Source: Candidatus Omnitrophota bacterium
Lineage (GTDB): Bacteria > Omnitrophota > Gorgyraeia > Zapsychrales > JANLHA01
Assembly (NCBI GenBank): GCA_029560465.1
Contig: JAKQKX010000016.1
Location: 206,221-270,220 of the forward strand
Length of the DNA: 64,000 bases
Direction of reading: 5' to 3'
Of this stretch, positions 37,540-46,333 are shown one piece after another (within the stretch, counting starts at the first letter, position 1; each line of letters opens with the position of its first letter). The notes beneath the pieces were generated by a model that was given only the letters and a program-made list of their open reading frames with translations, was not told the origin of the DNA and searched no databases. Made by a program: the position numbers and the translations under genes.

Positions 37540-38580
37540 ATGCCTTGGACAAAATTACAGATTGAAAGAGAAGAACCCGTTTTCGATGAAAACGCCGGGC
37601 AGGATGTCCGGAAGTTGAGTTTCGGGGAAGCCCTGCGGGAAGCGTTAGACCAGGCTCTTCAGAGAGACCCCCGCGTGTATGCCATGGGGCAGGGCATTGA
37701 CGATCCCGGTGGGATTTTTGGGACAACCCTCGGGTTGCAGGAAAAATACGGGCCGCAGCGGATTTTCGACGCCCCCTTAGCCGAAGAAGCGACGATCGGC
37801 ATGGCCATCGGGTCGGCTATGGCGGGTTTAAGGCCGGTGTCTATTCATAACCGCCCTGACTTCCTGATGATGGCCATGGACCAGATCGTCAATGCCGCGT
37901 CAAAATGGTGTTATATGTTTTCGGGCCAGGTGCCGATCCCGCTTGTTATCCGGGCCTGCATTGGCCGGGGCTGGGGCTCGGCCGCCCAGCATTCGCAGTC
38001 TTTGCACGGGCTGTTCACGCATGTCCCGGGCTTGAAAATTGTCATGCCCAGCACCGCTTATGATGCTAAGGGGCTGTTTATCGCCAGTGTGGCGGATAAT
38101 AACCCTGTGATATTTATAGAGCACCGGTGGCTCTATCAGCACAAGGGGTATGTCCCGCAGGATGTGTATGCGGTCCCCTTTGGCCAGGGTACGGTTAAAA
38201 GGCCAGGCCGGGACATCACGGTGCTCGCGATATCGCACATGGTGATCGAGTCCCTCCGGGCGGCGGAACAGTTGGAGAAACAAGGGATCAGCCTAGAGGT
38301 CCTTGACCCCCGAACCCTGTGCCCGTTTGACGAAGAGATTCTTCTTAAGTCGCTTGCGAAAACCGGAAAGCTGATTGTCGCGGATGTTGACTGGAAGACT
38401 GGCGGGTTCGCGGCGGAAGTCGTGGCCCTGGCCGCGGAAAAAGGGTTTGGCTATCTTAAGAAACCCCCGGTGCGGGTGTGCCTTCCCGATATCCCGACGC
38501 CGGCCAGTTATGTCCTGGAAGAGGCTTTTTATCCCGGGGTGGCGGACATTGTCGCCGCGGCGGAACACCTGATGGCATGA
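37540..38580 (+). CDS. ThDP-dependent dehydrogenase E1 beta-like subunit
   Basis: FDAPLAE, GRGWGSAAQHSQ, PGLKIVMP, FIEHRWLY motifs. Confidence 0.92.
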   Translation: MPWTKLQIEREEPVFDENAGQDVRKLSFGEALREALDQALQRDPRVYAMGQGIDDPGGIFGTTLGLQEKYGPQRIFDAPLAEEATIGMAIGSAMAGLRPVSIHNRPDFLMMAMDQIVNAASKWCYMFSGQVPIPLVIRACIGRGWGSAAQHSQSLHGLFTHVPGLKIVMPSTAYDAKGLFIASVADNNPVIFIEHRWLYQHKGYVPQDVYAVPFGQGTVKRPGRDITVLAISHMVIESLRAAEQLEKQGISLEVLDPRTLCPFDEEILLKSLAKTGKLIVADVDWKTGGFAAEVVALAAEKGFGYLKKPPVRVCLPDIPTPASYVLEEAFYPGVADIVAAAEHLMA

Positions 38581-38643
38581 ATTTCCATGGCCTCAGGGCC
38601 CGGCGGGAAATTTGTAAAATACACGTATACAGGGGAGTGAAAC

Positions 38644-39576
38644 ATGAAAATACTGGTGACCGGCGGAGCCGGTTATATCGGCTCGGTTCTTGTGCCGCGC
38701 CTGTTGGCGGAGGGCCATGAGGTTGTGGTGCTGGATAATTTTATGTACAACCAGACACCGCTCTTGGACTGCTGTCATGACCCCCGGCTCACGATTGTGC
38801 GGGGTGATGCGCGGGATAAGGTGCTTTTGGAACGTTTGATGAAAGACGCGGATGCTGTTTTTCCCATGGCCTGTCTGACGGGCGCGCCCTTGTGCAAGAA
38901 AGACCCTTGGGCGGCGCAGACGGTATTGCTGGATGCGGTTCGACTGGTCATAAGCTTGAGCGGCCGTGATCAGAGGATCGTTTTCCCGACCACGAATAGC
39001 GGATACGGGGTGGGGCAGAAAGATCATTTTTGCACCGAAGAAACGCCCTTAAATCCGATTTCATTATACGGGCAGCTCAAGGTTCAGGCGGAAGAAGCTG
39101 TTTTGTCTTCGGGCCGGGGGGTCACGCTGCGGTTGGCCACCGCTTTCGGGATCAGCCCCCGTATGCGCCTGGATCTTTTGGTGAACGATTTTACTTACCG
39201 GGCTGTGAATGACCGTTTTATTATTTTGTTTGAGGCGCATTTTAAACGGAATTTTATCCATGTCCGCGATGTGGCCAAAGCATTTATTCATAGTTTGAAG
39301 AATTTCGAGTCTATGAAGGGCGAACCTTATAACGTCGGGTTAAGCGACGCGAACTTGAGTAAAAAAGAACTCTGCGATGAAATCCGCAAACAGGTCCCGG
39401 AATTTTATGTCCTGGAGTCTGCGATCGGAGAAGATCCGGATAAACGGGATTATGTCGTTTCCAATGAAAAGATTGAAAAAACCGGATATCGTCCGGATGT
39501 TTCCCTGCCGGCCGGCATCGGCGAGCTGATCAAGGGATATCAGATTATTAAGAGAAACCAGTTCGCCAACATTTAA
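38644..39576 (+). CDS. NAD-dependent nucleotide-sugar epimerase/reductase (extended SDR)
   Basis: GGAGYIGS, YGQLK (YxxxK), RLATAFG.SPRMRLDLLVNDF motifs. Confidence 0.9.
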   Translation: MKILVTGGAGYIGSVLVPRLLAEGHEVVVLDNFMYNQTPLLDCCHDPRLTIVRGDARDKVLLERLMKDADAVFPMACLTGAPLCKKDPWAAQTVLLDAVRLVISLSGRDQRIVFPTTNSGYGVGQKDHFCTEETPLNPISLYGQLKVQAEEAVLSSGRGVTLRLATAFGISPRMRLDLLVNDFTYRAVNDRFIILFEAHFKRNFIHVRDVAKAFIHSLKNFESMKGEPYNVGLSDANLSKKELCDEIRKQVPEFYVLESAIGEDPDKRDYVVSNEKIEKTGYRPDVSLPAGIGELIKGYQIIKRNQFANI

Positions 39577-39675
39577 CCGCCGGCCGGGTTCCTGAAACGC
39601 GTGATGCCTTGTGTTTCTGGAAGAAGCTTATAATTTGTGGTGAGGAGAAAGGCCGCGCGGATTTCAGAGACGGCC

Positions 39676-39704
39676 TTGACCGCCTCGCGCATTCAACATA
39701 TAAT
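39676..39704 (+). promoter_or_regulatory. Internal promoter upstream of the radical SAM gene
   Basis: TTGACC (39676-39681) - 17 nt - TATAAT (39699-39704). Confidence 0.7.
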
Positions 39705-39739
39705 GACCACACGGTTTATTAAAGAATCGGGGAGCGCCC

Positions 39740-41245
39740 ATGACGGACATTGTACTGATAAAAGCGAATAACCAGAAAAAAGCCTATCAGGACCTCAGCC
39801 GGGATTTTACCGGGCTGGAACCGCCGTTGTGGATCATTTTAACCGCCGCCTTCCTTCGGGAACAAGGGTTTCAGGTTCAGGTGATTGATGCTGAAGTGGA
39901 GAATTTTGACGCGCGGGAAACCGTTCAGAGGGCTTTGGCCTACAAACCCCTTTTAGTGTCTGTTGTGGTTTCCGGCACCAACCCATCCGCCTCAACGATC
40001 AATATGCCCGGCGCCAGTGAATGTTTGAAAGAGCTGAAGCGGAGGCAGCCGCAGTGCCCGGCGGCGATTTCAGGGCTTCATCCCTCCGTTTTGGCGGCGC
40101 AGACGATGCAGGAAGAGGTCGCGGACTTCTTGTGCGAGGGCGAGGGCTTCACCACGTACGCCCAATTGCTGAATCTCTTAAAATCGGGAAAAACCCTCGG
40201 AGATGATTTCACGGTTGACGGGTTGTGGTATAGAAAAGGCGAACAGATTATTTCCAACGCGCGGGCTGAGAATATCCCGGATTTGGGCGTACTGCCGATG
40301 CCCGCCTGGGACCTCTTGCCGATGCAGAAATACCGCGCGCATAACTGGCACGCATTTGATGACGTGGAGAAACGCCAGCCTTACGCGGTTATTTACACCA
40401 GCCTGGGCTGCCCGTTTCATTGCAGTTTCTGCTGTATTAACAGTATTTTCGGGGGGCCCGGCATCCGTTATCGTCCGCCGGAGAAGGTCGTTGAAGAAGT
40501 GGATTATTTGGTCCGGAATTACGGTGTGAGGCATATTAAGATTCTGGATGAAATGTTCGCCCTGAAGATCAGCCATGTGGAGGAACTGTGCGACCGGTTG
40601 ATCGCCTTGGGGCACGATTTGAATTTCTGGGTCTATGGACGGATTGACACGGTGAAAGAGCCCATGTTTAAAAAGATGAAACAAGCCGGCATCAACTGGA
40701 TCGCTTACGGGATCGAAGCGGGGAGCAAGAAAGTCCGTGAGGGGGTTTCAAAGGGGCGGTTCGATCAGGACCAGATTAAACGGGTTATTGAGATGACGCA
40801 TGCCGAGGGAATTCATATTGTCGGGAATTTTATCTTCGGTCTGCCGGATGACGACCTTGAAACGATGGGGGAAACTTTGACTCTGGCCAAAGAATTGAAT
40901 TGTGAGTACGGGAATTTTTACTGCGCCATGGCGTATCCGGGTTCGAAGCTGTATGATGAAGCCGTCGCCCAAGGGGTCCCTCTGCCGGACACGTGGTCCG
41001 GGTTTGCCCAGTTCAGCGAGGACACGTTGCCTCTTCCGACCAAATACCTTTCCAGCGGGGAAGTCCTGCGCTTCCGGGACAAGGCGTTTCAGGAGTATCA
41101 CACCAGCGGACCGTATCTGAATATGATTGAACACAAGTTCGGAATGAAAACGAGGAAACATGTTGAGGACATGTGCGCGATGAAGTTGAAACGGAAGCAT
41201 TATGATGACACGGAAGGCATCCATTTTCATCAGGAAGTGGACTAA
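39740..41245 (+). CDS. B12-binding radical SAM protein
   Basis: N-terminal cobalamin-binding-like domain (EPPL...GLHPS...GEG), LPMPAWDL, CxxxCxxC (CPFHCSFC). Confidence 0.92.
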   Translation: MTDIVLIKANNQKKAYQDLSRDFTGLEPPLWIILTAAFLREQGFQVQVIDAEVENFDARETVQRALAYKPLLVSVVVSGTNPSASTINMPGASECLKELKRRQPQCPAAISGLHPSVLAAQTMQEEVADFLCEGEGFTTYAQLLNLLKSGKTLGDDFTVDGLWYRKGEQIISNARAENIPDLGVLPMPAWDLLPMQKYRAHNWHAFDDVEKRQPYAVIYTSLGCPFHCSFCCINSIFGGPGIRYRPPEKVVEEVDYLVRNYGVRHIKILDEMFALKISHVEELCDRLIALGHDLNFWVYGRIDTVKEPMFKKMKQAGINWIAYGIEAGSKKVREGVSKGRFDQDQIKRVIEMTHAEGIHIVGNFIFGLPDDDLETMGETLTLAKELNCEYGNFYCAMAYPGSKLYDEAVAQGVPLPDTWSGFAQFSEDTLPLPTKYLSSGEVLRFRDKAFQEYHTSGPYLNMIEHKFGMKTRKHVEDMCAMKLKRKHYDDTEGIHFHQEVD

Positions 41246-41272
41246 TTCAACCCAGAATCCGAGAGGTTCATT

Positions 41273-42268
41273 ATGATTATCAGCCGCACGCCGTTTCGAA
41301 TATCATTTTTTGGCGGGGGGACGGATTATCCGGCCTGGTATGAAAAGCACAAAGGGGCGGTGCTGGCGACGACGATTGACAAGTATTGTTATATCACCAC
41401 CCGTTATTTACCGCCGTTTTTCAGCCATAAATCCCGTATCGTTTATACCAAAACCGAACTGGTCAAGAAGCTTTCTGAGATCGACCACCCCGCTGTCCGG
41501 GAGGTTTTAAGATTTTTAAAAATTCATCAGGGGATTGAAATCCATCATGACGGCGACCTCCCCGCCCGCACCGGGCTGGGGTCCAGCTCTTCGTTTACGG
41601 TGGGGCTTTTAAACAGCCTTTACGCTCTTAAGGGGGTTATGCCGACCAAAGAGCGCCTGGCCAAGGAAGCCATTTATATCGAGCAGGAGATGTGCCGTGA
41701 TAATGTCGGGTGCCAGGACCAGGTCCTGGCCGCGTATGGCGGATTCAATTTTATCGAGTTCGGGGGCTCTAACCATCTTCAGGTCCGGCGCGTGACGTTC
41801 CGCAGCGACAAGATCAAGAAGCTGGAAAAACATCTGATGCTTTTTTTTACGGGTTTTGCCCGGATGGCCTCGGAGATCGCCGCGCATCAAATCAGGAACA
41901 TCCCGAAGAAAACGGCCGAACTCAAAACCATGCATCAAATGGCTTATCAGGCGATTGATATCCTCAATGCGAACGACATCCTGGCGTTCGGGAAACTCCT
42001 CGACGAATCATGGAAGCTGAAGCGGAGCCTCTCGGATAAGATTTCAACGCCGTTTGTGGATGACATGTATGGGACGGCTAAAAGGGCCGGTGCGGTCGGG
42101 GGGAAGCTGCTCGGCGCGGGAGGCGGGGGGTTCCTGCTTTTATGCGTTCCTCCGGCGCGGCAGAAAAGCGTGCGAGAAAAACTTAAGAAATCTCTGTTGA
42201 TCCCGTTTAAGTTTGAAGATTTGGGTTCGCAGATTATCTTTTATCAGCCCTATAGCGGAAAAGTTTAG
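41273..42268 (+). CDS. GHMP sugar-phosphate kinase, HddA-like
   Basis: RTPFRISFFGGGTD, PARTGLGSSS, GCQDQ, GGKLLGAGGGGF motifs. Confidence 0.9.
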   Translation: MIISRTPFRISFFGGGTDYPAWYEKHKGAVLATTIDKYCYITTRYLPPFFSHKSRIVYTKTELVKKLSEIDHPAVREVLRFLKIHQGIEIHHDGDLPARTGLGSSSSFTVGLLNSLYALKGVMPTKERLAKEAIYIEQEMCRDNVGCQDQVLAAYGGFNFIEFGGSNHLQVRRVTFRSDKIKKLEKHLMLFFTGFARMASEIAAHQIRNIPKKTAELKTMHQMAYQAIDILNANDILAFGKLLDESWKLKRSLSDKISTPFVDDMYGTAKRAGAVGGKLLGAGGGGFLLLCVPPARQKSVREKLKKSLLIPFKFEDLGSQIIFYQPYSGKV

Positions 42269-42296
42269 CACTTGAGGGCGAGGGCCGGGGAGACAC

Positions 42297-43040
42297 GTGG
42301 CGCATACGGGCACGACAGACGTGGTGGTTTTGGCCGGGGGGCTGGGGACCCGGCTCCGTTCCGAGATCGGGCTAACTCAAAAAACCATGGCGGCCATCGG
42401 GGATCGGCCGTTTTTGTTTTTTATGCTGAAGCGGCTCGCCTGGCAGGGCTTTCGCCGGATCATCCTGTGCACCGGTTTTCAGGCCCAGGCGGTGGAAGAA
42501 TATTTCAAAAGGGAACCTCTCGGGCTGGACATTGTTTTTTCAAGGGAGGACACCCCTCTGGGGACGGGCGGCGCTTTTAAAAAGGCGGCTAGTTTGGTCC
42601 AGGGCGACCTGTTCCTGCTCTTGAACGGGGATTCGTTGTGTGACATGGATTACGCGGCCCTGCTGGATTTTCACGCCCGGAAACAGGCGTTGGTGACGCT
42701 GACCCTGTCTGAGGTCCCGCCCCGCATGGATACGGGGTCCGTTATCATGAATTCCTCGGGTGCCATTGTGGATTTCCGGGAGAAATCGAATAGGGAAGCC
42801 CGGGTCCCCTCGGGGCACCACGTTTATGTGAATGCCGGCGTTTATTGTTTTAACAGGAGAATTTTTTCTTTTTTCCCACCGGGGGACGTGTTTTCCCTGG
42901 AAAACGATTTTTTCCCTTCTTTGCTCACGGAACGGGTTTACGGTTTTGTCATTAAGAAGGGTTTTTTGGATATCGGGACGCCGCAGCGCTACGCTGAGGC
43001 CAGAAGAGATTTGAAGTTAACGGGCTTGGGAGAAGAATGA
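42297..43040 (+). CDS. Sugar-1-phosphate nucleotidyltransferase, HddC-like
   Basis: LAGGLGTRL, PLGTGGA, NGDS, NAGVY, FSLE.DFF, DIGTP motifs; GTG start after GGGGAG. Confidence 0.9.
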   Translation: MAHTGTTDVVVLAGGLGTRLRSEIGLTQKTMAAIGDRPFLFFMLKRLAWQGFRRIILCTGFQAQAVEEYFKREPLGLDIVFSREDTPLGTGGAFKKAASLVQGDLFLLLNGDSLCDMDYAALLDFHARKQALVTLTLSEVPPRMDTGSVIMNSSGAIVDFREKSNREARVPSGHHVYVNAGVYCFNRRIFSFFPPGDVFSLENDFFPSLLTERVYGFVIKKGFLDIGTPQRYAEARRDLKLTGLGEE

Positions 43041-43094
43041 GGTTCCTCCCTGGAAAGTCCGACGGGCGTAAATTTAGAGAAAGGCAGGGATCCC

Positions 43095-44267
43095 GTGGCA
43101 ACGCATAAAGAGCAAAGCATCGAAACCAAAACGCAGTACCAGGTGCCGTTTGGCACTGTTTCTATCACTCCCGAAGCCCGGACGCTTATCGATAAAGCTT
43201 TAGAAACGAAATTTGTAACCCGCGGGAAATACGTCGCGGAATTTGAGCAACTGTTTGCCCGGCTTTTTAAACGGAAATACGCCATCGCGGTTTCCAGCGG
43301 CACGGACGCCGACGCCTTGTCCCTTGCGACGCTTTATGACTATGGGGCCCGCCGGGGTGATGAAATCATCGTGCCGGCTTTGTCTTTCGTCGCCACCGGC
43401 AACGCTGTTTTTCAGGCGGGTTTTAATCCGGTCTTCGTGGACGTTAAGCGGGAAACGTTGAATATTGACGTCGACAAAATTGAAGTGGCCATCACCCAGC
43501 GCACCCGCGCCATTATGCCGGTGCATTTGATGGGCAAACCGGCTGATATGGACAGGATCATGGCGATCGCTGAAAAGCACAAGCTGTACGTGATTGAAGA
43601 CGCGGCTGAAGCCCACGGCGCGGAATATAAAGGGCGGCTCATCGGCACGCTCGGGCACATGGCGGCTTTCAGCCTTTACGCCGCACATATCGTGACCTCG
43701 ATCGAGGGCGGGATGGTGATTACGGATGATAAACAGATGGCGGAAGCGGTCCGCTCGTTGCGGAACCATGGCATTGTCAACAAGTTTGAATTCCGGCGTA
43801 TCGGGTTTTCGGCCAAGATGAACGAAATAGAAGCCGCGGTCGGAATCGGCAATATCAGGATTTTTGAGGAAATCCTCAACACCCGGAGGCGCAATCTCCT
43901 GTATCTTATCGAACGCTTTCGGAAGTTTGACGAGTATTTTATCAGCGTCAAAGAAGACGAGGGGGAAAAAATCGGCCCGCACGCTTTTTCTATCATCCTC
44001 AGGGAGGGGCTGAATTTCACCAAAGACGAGATTGTCGCAGACCTGGACCGGCAGGGGATCGATTCCCGCAACCTGTTTTATTCCATGCCGACGCAGTGCC
44101 CGAGTTATGCGTTTTTGGGGCACACCCTGGGGGACTTCCCGGAAGCCGAATATTGCGCGGATCAGGGTTTTCATATCGGCATTCATCAGGATATCGGGTT
44201 GGCGCAACTCGATTATGTCGCCGAGGGCGTTGAGGCATTTCTAAAATCCAAAGGGCTTTCCGCGTGA
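43095..44267 (+). CDS. DegT/DnrJ-fold PLP enzyme with His replacing the Schiff-base Lys (ColD-like 3-dehydratase candidate)
   Basis: IEDAAEAHG motif; FSLYAAHIVTSIEGG where aminotransferases have SFxxxK. Confidence 0.85.
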   Translation: MATHKEQSIETKTQYQVPFGTVSITPEARTLIDKALETKFVTRGKYVAEFEQLFARLFKRKYAIAVSSGTDADALSLATLYDYGARRGDEIIVPALSFVATGNAVFQAGFNPVFVDVKRETLNIDVDKIEVAITQRTRAIMPVHLMGKPADMDRIMAIAEKHKLYVIEDAAEAHGAEYKGRLIGTLGHMAAFSLYAAHIVTSIEGGMVITDDKQMAEAVRSLRNHGIVNKFEFRRIGFSAKMNEIEAAVGIGNIRIFEEILNTRRRNLLYLIERFRKFDEYFISVKEDEGEKIGPHAFSIILREGLNFTKDEIVADLDRQGIDSRNLFYSMPTQCPSYAFLGHTLGDFPEAEYCADQGFHIGIHQDIGLAQLDYVAEGVEAFLKSKGLSA

Positions 44268-44311
44268 GATCCTGATGCCACCCGGGCCTTCGGCTGCGGG
44301 GGATTGACTTT

Positions 44312-45481
44312 ATGCGTGTCGCGATTAACTGCCGATCATTTCTCAAAGAAAATAAGACGGGTATTGGCCGGTACGCCTTTAACCTGGTCCGCTCCTTGGG
44401 GGAGATTGACCCGGACAACGAGTACTGGCTTTATGCCCGGAAAAGGATATTGGACTTTAGGAGGCGGTTGCCGCGGTTCTCTTCCGGCAAGTTTAAGGTC
44501 AAGGCGGATTATTTTAACCGCGGGACGGATGCGGTCCTCCGCGGGGCGGATGTGTATCATTCCCCGAGCCTTGATTTTATCGGTTTCACATCCGGTAAAG
44601 TCGTGGTCACGGTGCATGACCTGATTTACAAGGTTTTCCCGCAGGGGCACACCCCGGAGACGCGTGATATTTCCGAGAGGCAGATGCGGGAGGTTGTCCG
44701 CAAAGCCGATCATATTATCTGCTGTTCGCAGGCGACGCTGGATGACCTGGTGCGGCATTTTCCTGTGGATAAGGCGCGGCTGTCGGTGATCCACCAGGGG
44801 GTTGACAAGGGTGTCTTTTTCCCTCTGCGCGGCCAGGCTTTGGCCGCCGCCCGGCGTGTCGTTCAACAAAAAGGCGTGGACGGCCCTTTCCTGCTTTTTG
44901 TGGGGACACTGGAGCCGCGGAAGAATCTTCTTCACCTGCTGGAGGCGTTTGAGCGGGTTAAAGCGCGCGGGACTTTTCGCGGCCGGTTGGTTGTCATTGG
45001 CATGCGGGGGTGGATGATGGAACAGCTGCAGACCCGTTTGGCGGGCATGAAAGCGCGGGCGGATGTCATTTTGCCGGGGTTCGTGACAGACGAGGAACTG
45101 CGCTGTTTTTATAATTGCGCGGATGTTTTTATTTTCCCTTCCTTTTATGAAGGCTTTGGTTTTCCGGTCCTGGAAGCGTTTTGTTGCGGGGCGCCGGTGA
45201 TCACATCACGGGGATCGGCGTGCGGGGAAGTGGCGGCCGGCGCGGCGGAAATGATTGATCCGGAATCCCCGGCGGAGATCTCGGAAGCCATCCGCCGTAT
45301 CGTGCACGATGAAGGGTGCCGCCAGCGGCTGAAAGCTGCTGCTTTAAAAAGAGCGGAGGATTTTTCTTTCCGCAAGACGGCGGAGGAAACGTTGCGCGTT
45401 TATCAGCGGGTTTTTAAAGGAAAGGGCGGCCACCCGTCCTGTTTTAGCCGGGGCATCCCCAAAGACAAGGAGTTGCAATGA
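44312..45481 (+). CDS. Glycosyltransferase family 4
   Basis: TVHDL, GTLEPRKNL, PSFYEGFGFPVLEA motifs. Confidence 0.93.
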   Translation: MRVAINCRSFLKENKTGIGRYAFNLVRSLGEIDPDNEYWLYARKRILDFRRRLPRFSSGKFKVKADYFNRGTDAVLRGADVYHSPSLDFIGFTSGKVVVTVHDLIYKVFPQGHTPETRDISERQMREVVRKADHIICCSQATLDDLVRHFPVDKARLSVIHQGVDKGVFFPLRGQALAAARRVVQQKGVDGPFLLFVGTLEPRKNLLHLLEAFERVKARGTFRGRLVVIGMRGWMMEQLQTRLAGMKARADVILPGFVTDEELRCFYNCADVFIFPSFYEGFGFPVLEAFCCGAPVITSRGSACGEVAAGAAEMIDPESPAEISEAIRRIVHDEGCRQRLKAAALKRAEDFSFRKTAEETLRVYQRVFKGKGGHPSCFSRGIPKDKELQ

Positions 45482-46320
45482 AGATCAGCGGTTTTACGAT
45501 CGCCCGCAATGCGGTTAAATTCCAGTACCCCTTAGTGGAATCTATCCGGTCTGTCCTGCCGTTGTGCGATGAAATGATTGTGAATGTCGGGGATTCTGAA
45601 GACGACACCCTCGGGCTTGTCCGGTCTATCCGCGACGCCAAGATAAAAATTTTACAAAGCCGCTGGGATATGTCCTTGGGTAAAGAGGTCCTTTCCCAAC
45701 AGACGAATTTGGCCTTGGCCGCTTGCCGCGGCGACTGGGCGGTGTATCTGCAGTCGGATGAAGTTTTGCATGAAAAAGACCTCCCCTCCCTTCGGAAACG
45801 CATGGAGGGGTGTTTGAGCGAACCCGGGGTGGACGCCTTAAGGTTCCGCTGGCTGCATTTTTACGGAAGTTATTACCGTTACCGGATCGACCGGGGCTGG
45901 TATCAGAAGCAGGACCGGATCGTCCGTAATAACGGGCAGGTCGAATCGTTTGGCGATGCCTATGGGTTCCGGAGGAAAGACGGCCGTCCCCTGGGGCGTA
46001 AGAACACCGGATGCCTGTTATACCATTACGGGTGGGTTCACTCCGGGGATGTCATGGCGCAGCGCCGGAGCAACGCCAAGGAGATCGGGTACGCGGCTTT
46101 GAGCCCGCAGGATAACCGGGATCAGTATTCTTTCGGGGCCCTGACCCGGTTTCCCGCTTATTTCGGGTCTCATCCCGCGGTGATGCGGGAGAAGGTTTTG
46201 TCTCATGCGTTGAGCATGTCGGACCTTCAGACGATCAACCGGACGTTCTGGTGGCACCCAATGAAAATTTTTAAAGTCCGGTACAAAACATTTAAACGCT
46301 ATAAAAAAAGTTTATCATAA
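45478..46320 (+). CDS. Glycosyltransferase family 2
   Basis: ISGFTIARNA, GDSEDDT, YLQSDE, YHYGWV motifs; ATGA overlap with the GT4 gene. Confidence 0.85.
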   Translation: MKISGFTIARNAVKFQYPLVESIRSVLPLCDEMIVNVGDSEDDTLGLVRSIRDAKIKILQSRWDMSLGKEVLSQQTNLALAACRGDWAVYLQSDEVLHEKDLPSLRKRMEGCLSEPGVDALRFRWLHFYGSYYRYRIDRGWYQKQDRIVRNNGQVESFGDAYGFRRKDGRPLGRKNTGCLLYHYGWVHSGDVMAQRRSNAKEIGYAALSPQDNRDQYSFGALTRFPAYFGSHPAVMREKVLSHALSMSDLQTINRTFWWHPMKIFKVRYKTFKRYKKSLS

Positions 46321-46333
46321 ACGCGGCCAATGA

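Noticed and set aside
36550-38580. Calling the E1 pair pdhA/pdhB of central metabolism
   Set aside because: No E2 or E3 genes are adjacent and the pair is tightly embedded among nucleotide-sugar genes.
43200-44207. 335-aa antisense ORF, and similar shadow ORFs (9019-9834, 17028-17828, 28408-29136, 57192-57878)
   Set aside because: They overlap well-supported + strand genes and show no recognisable motifs.
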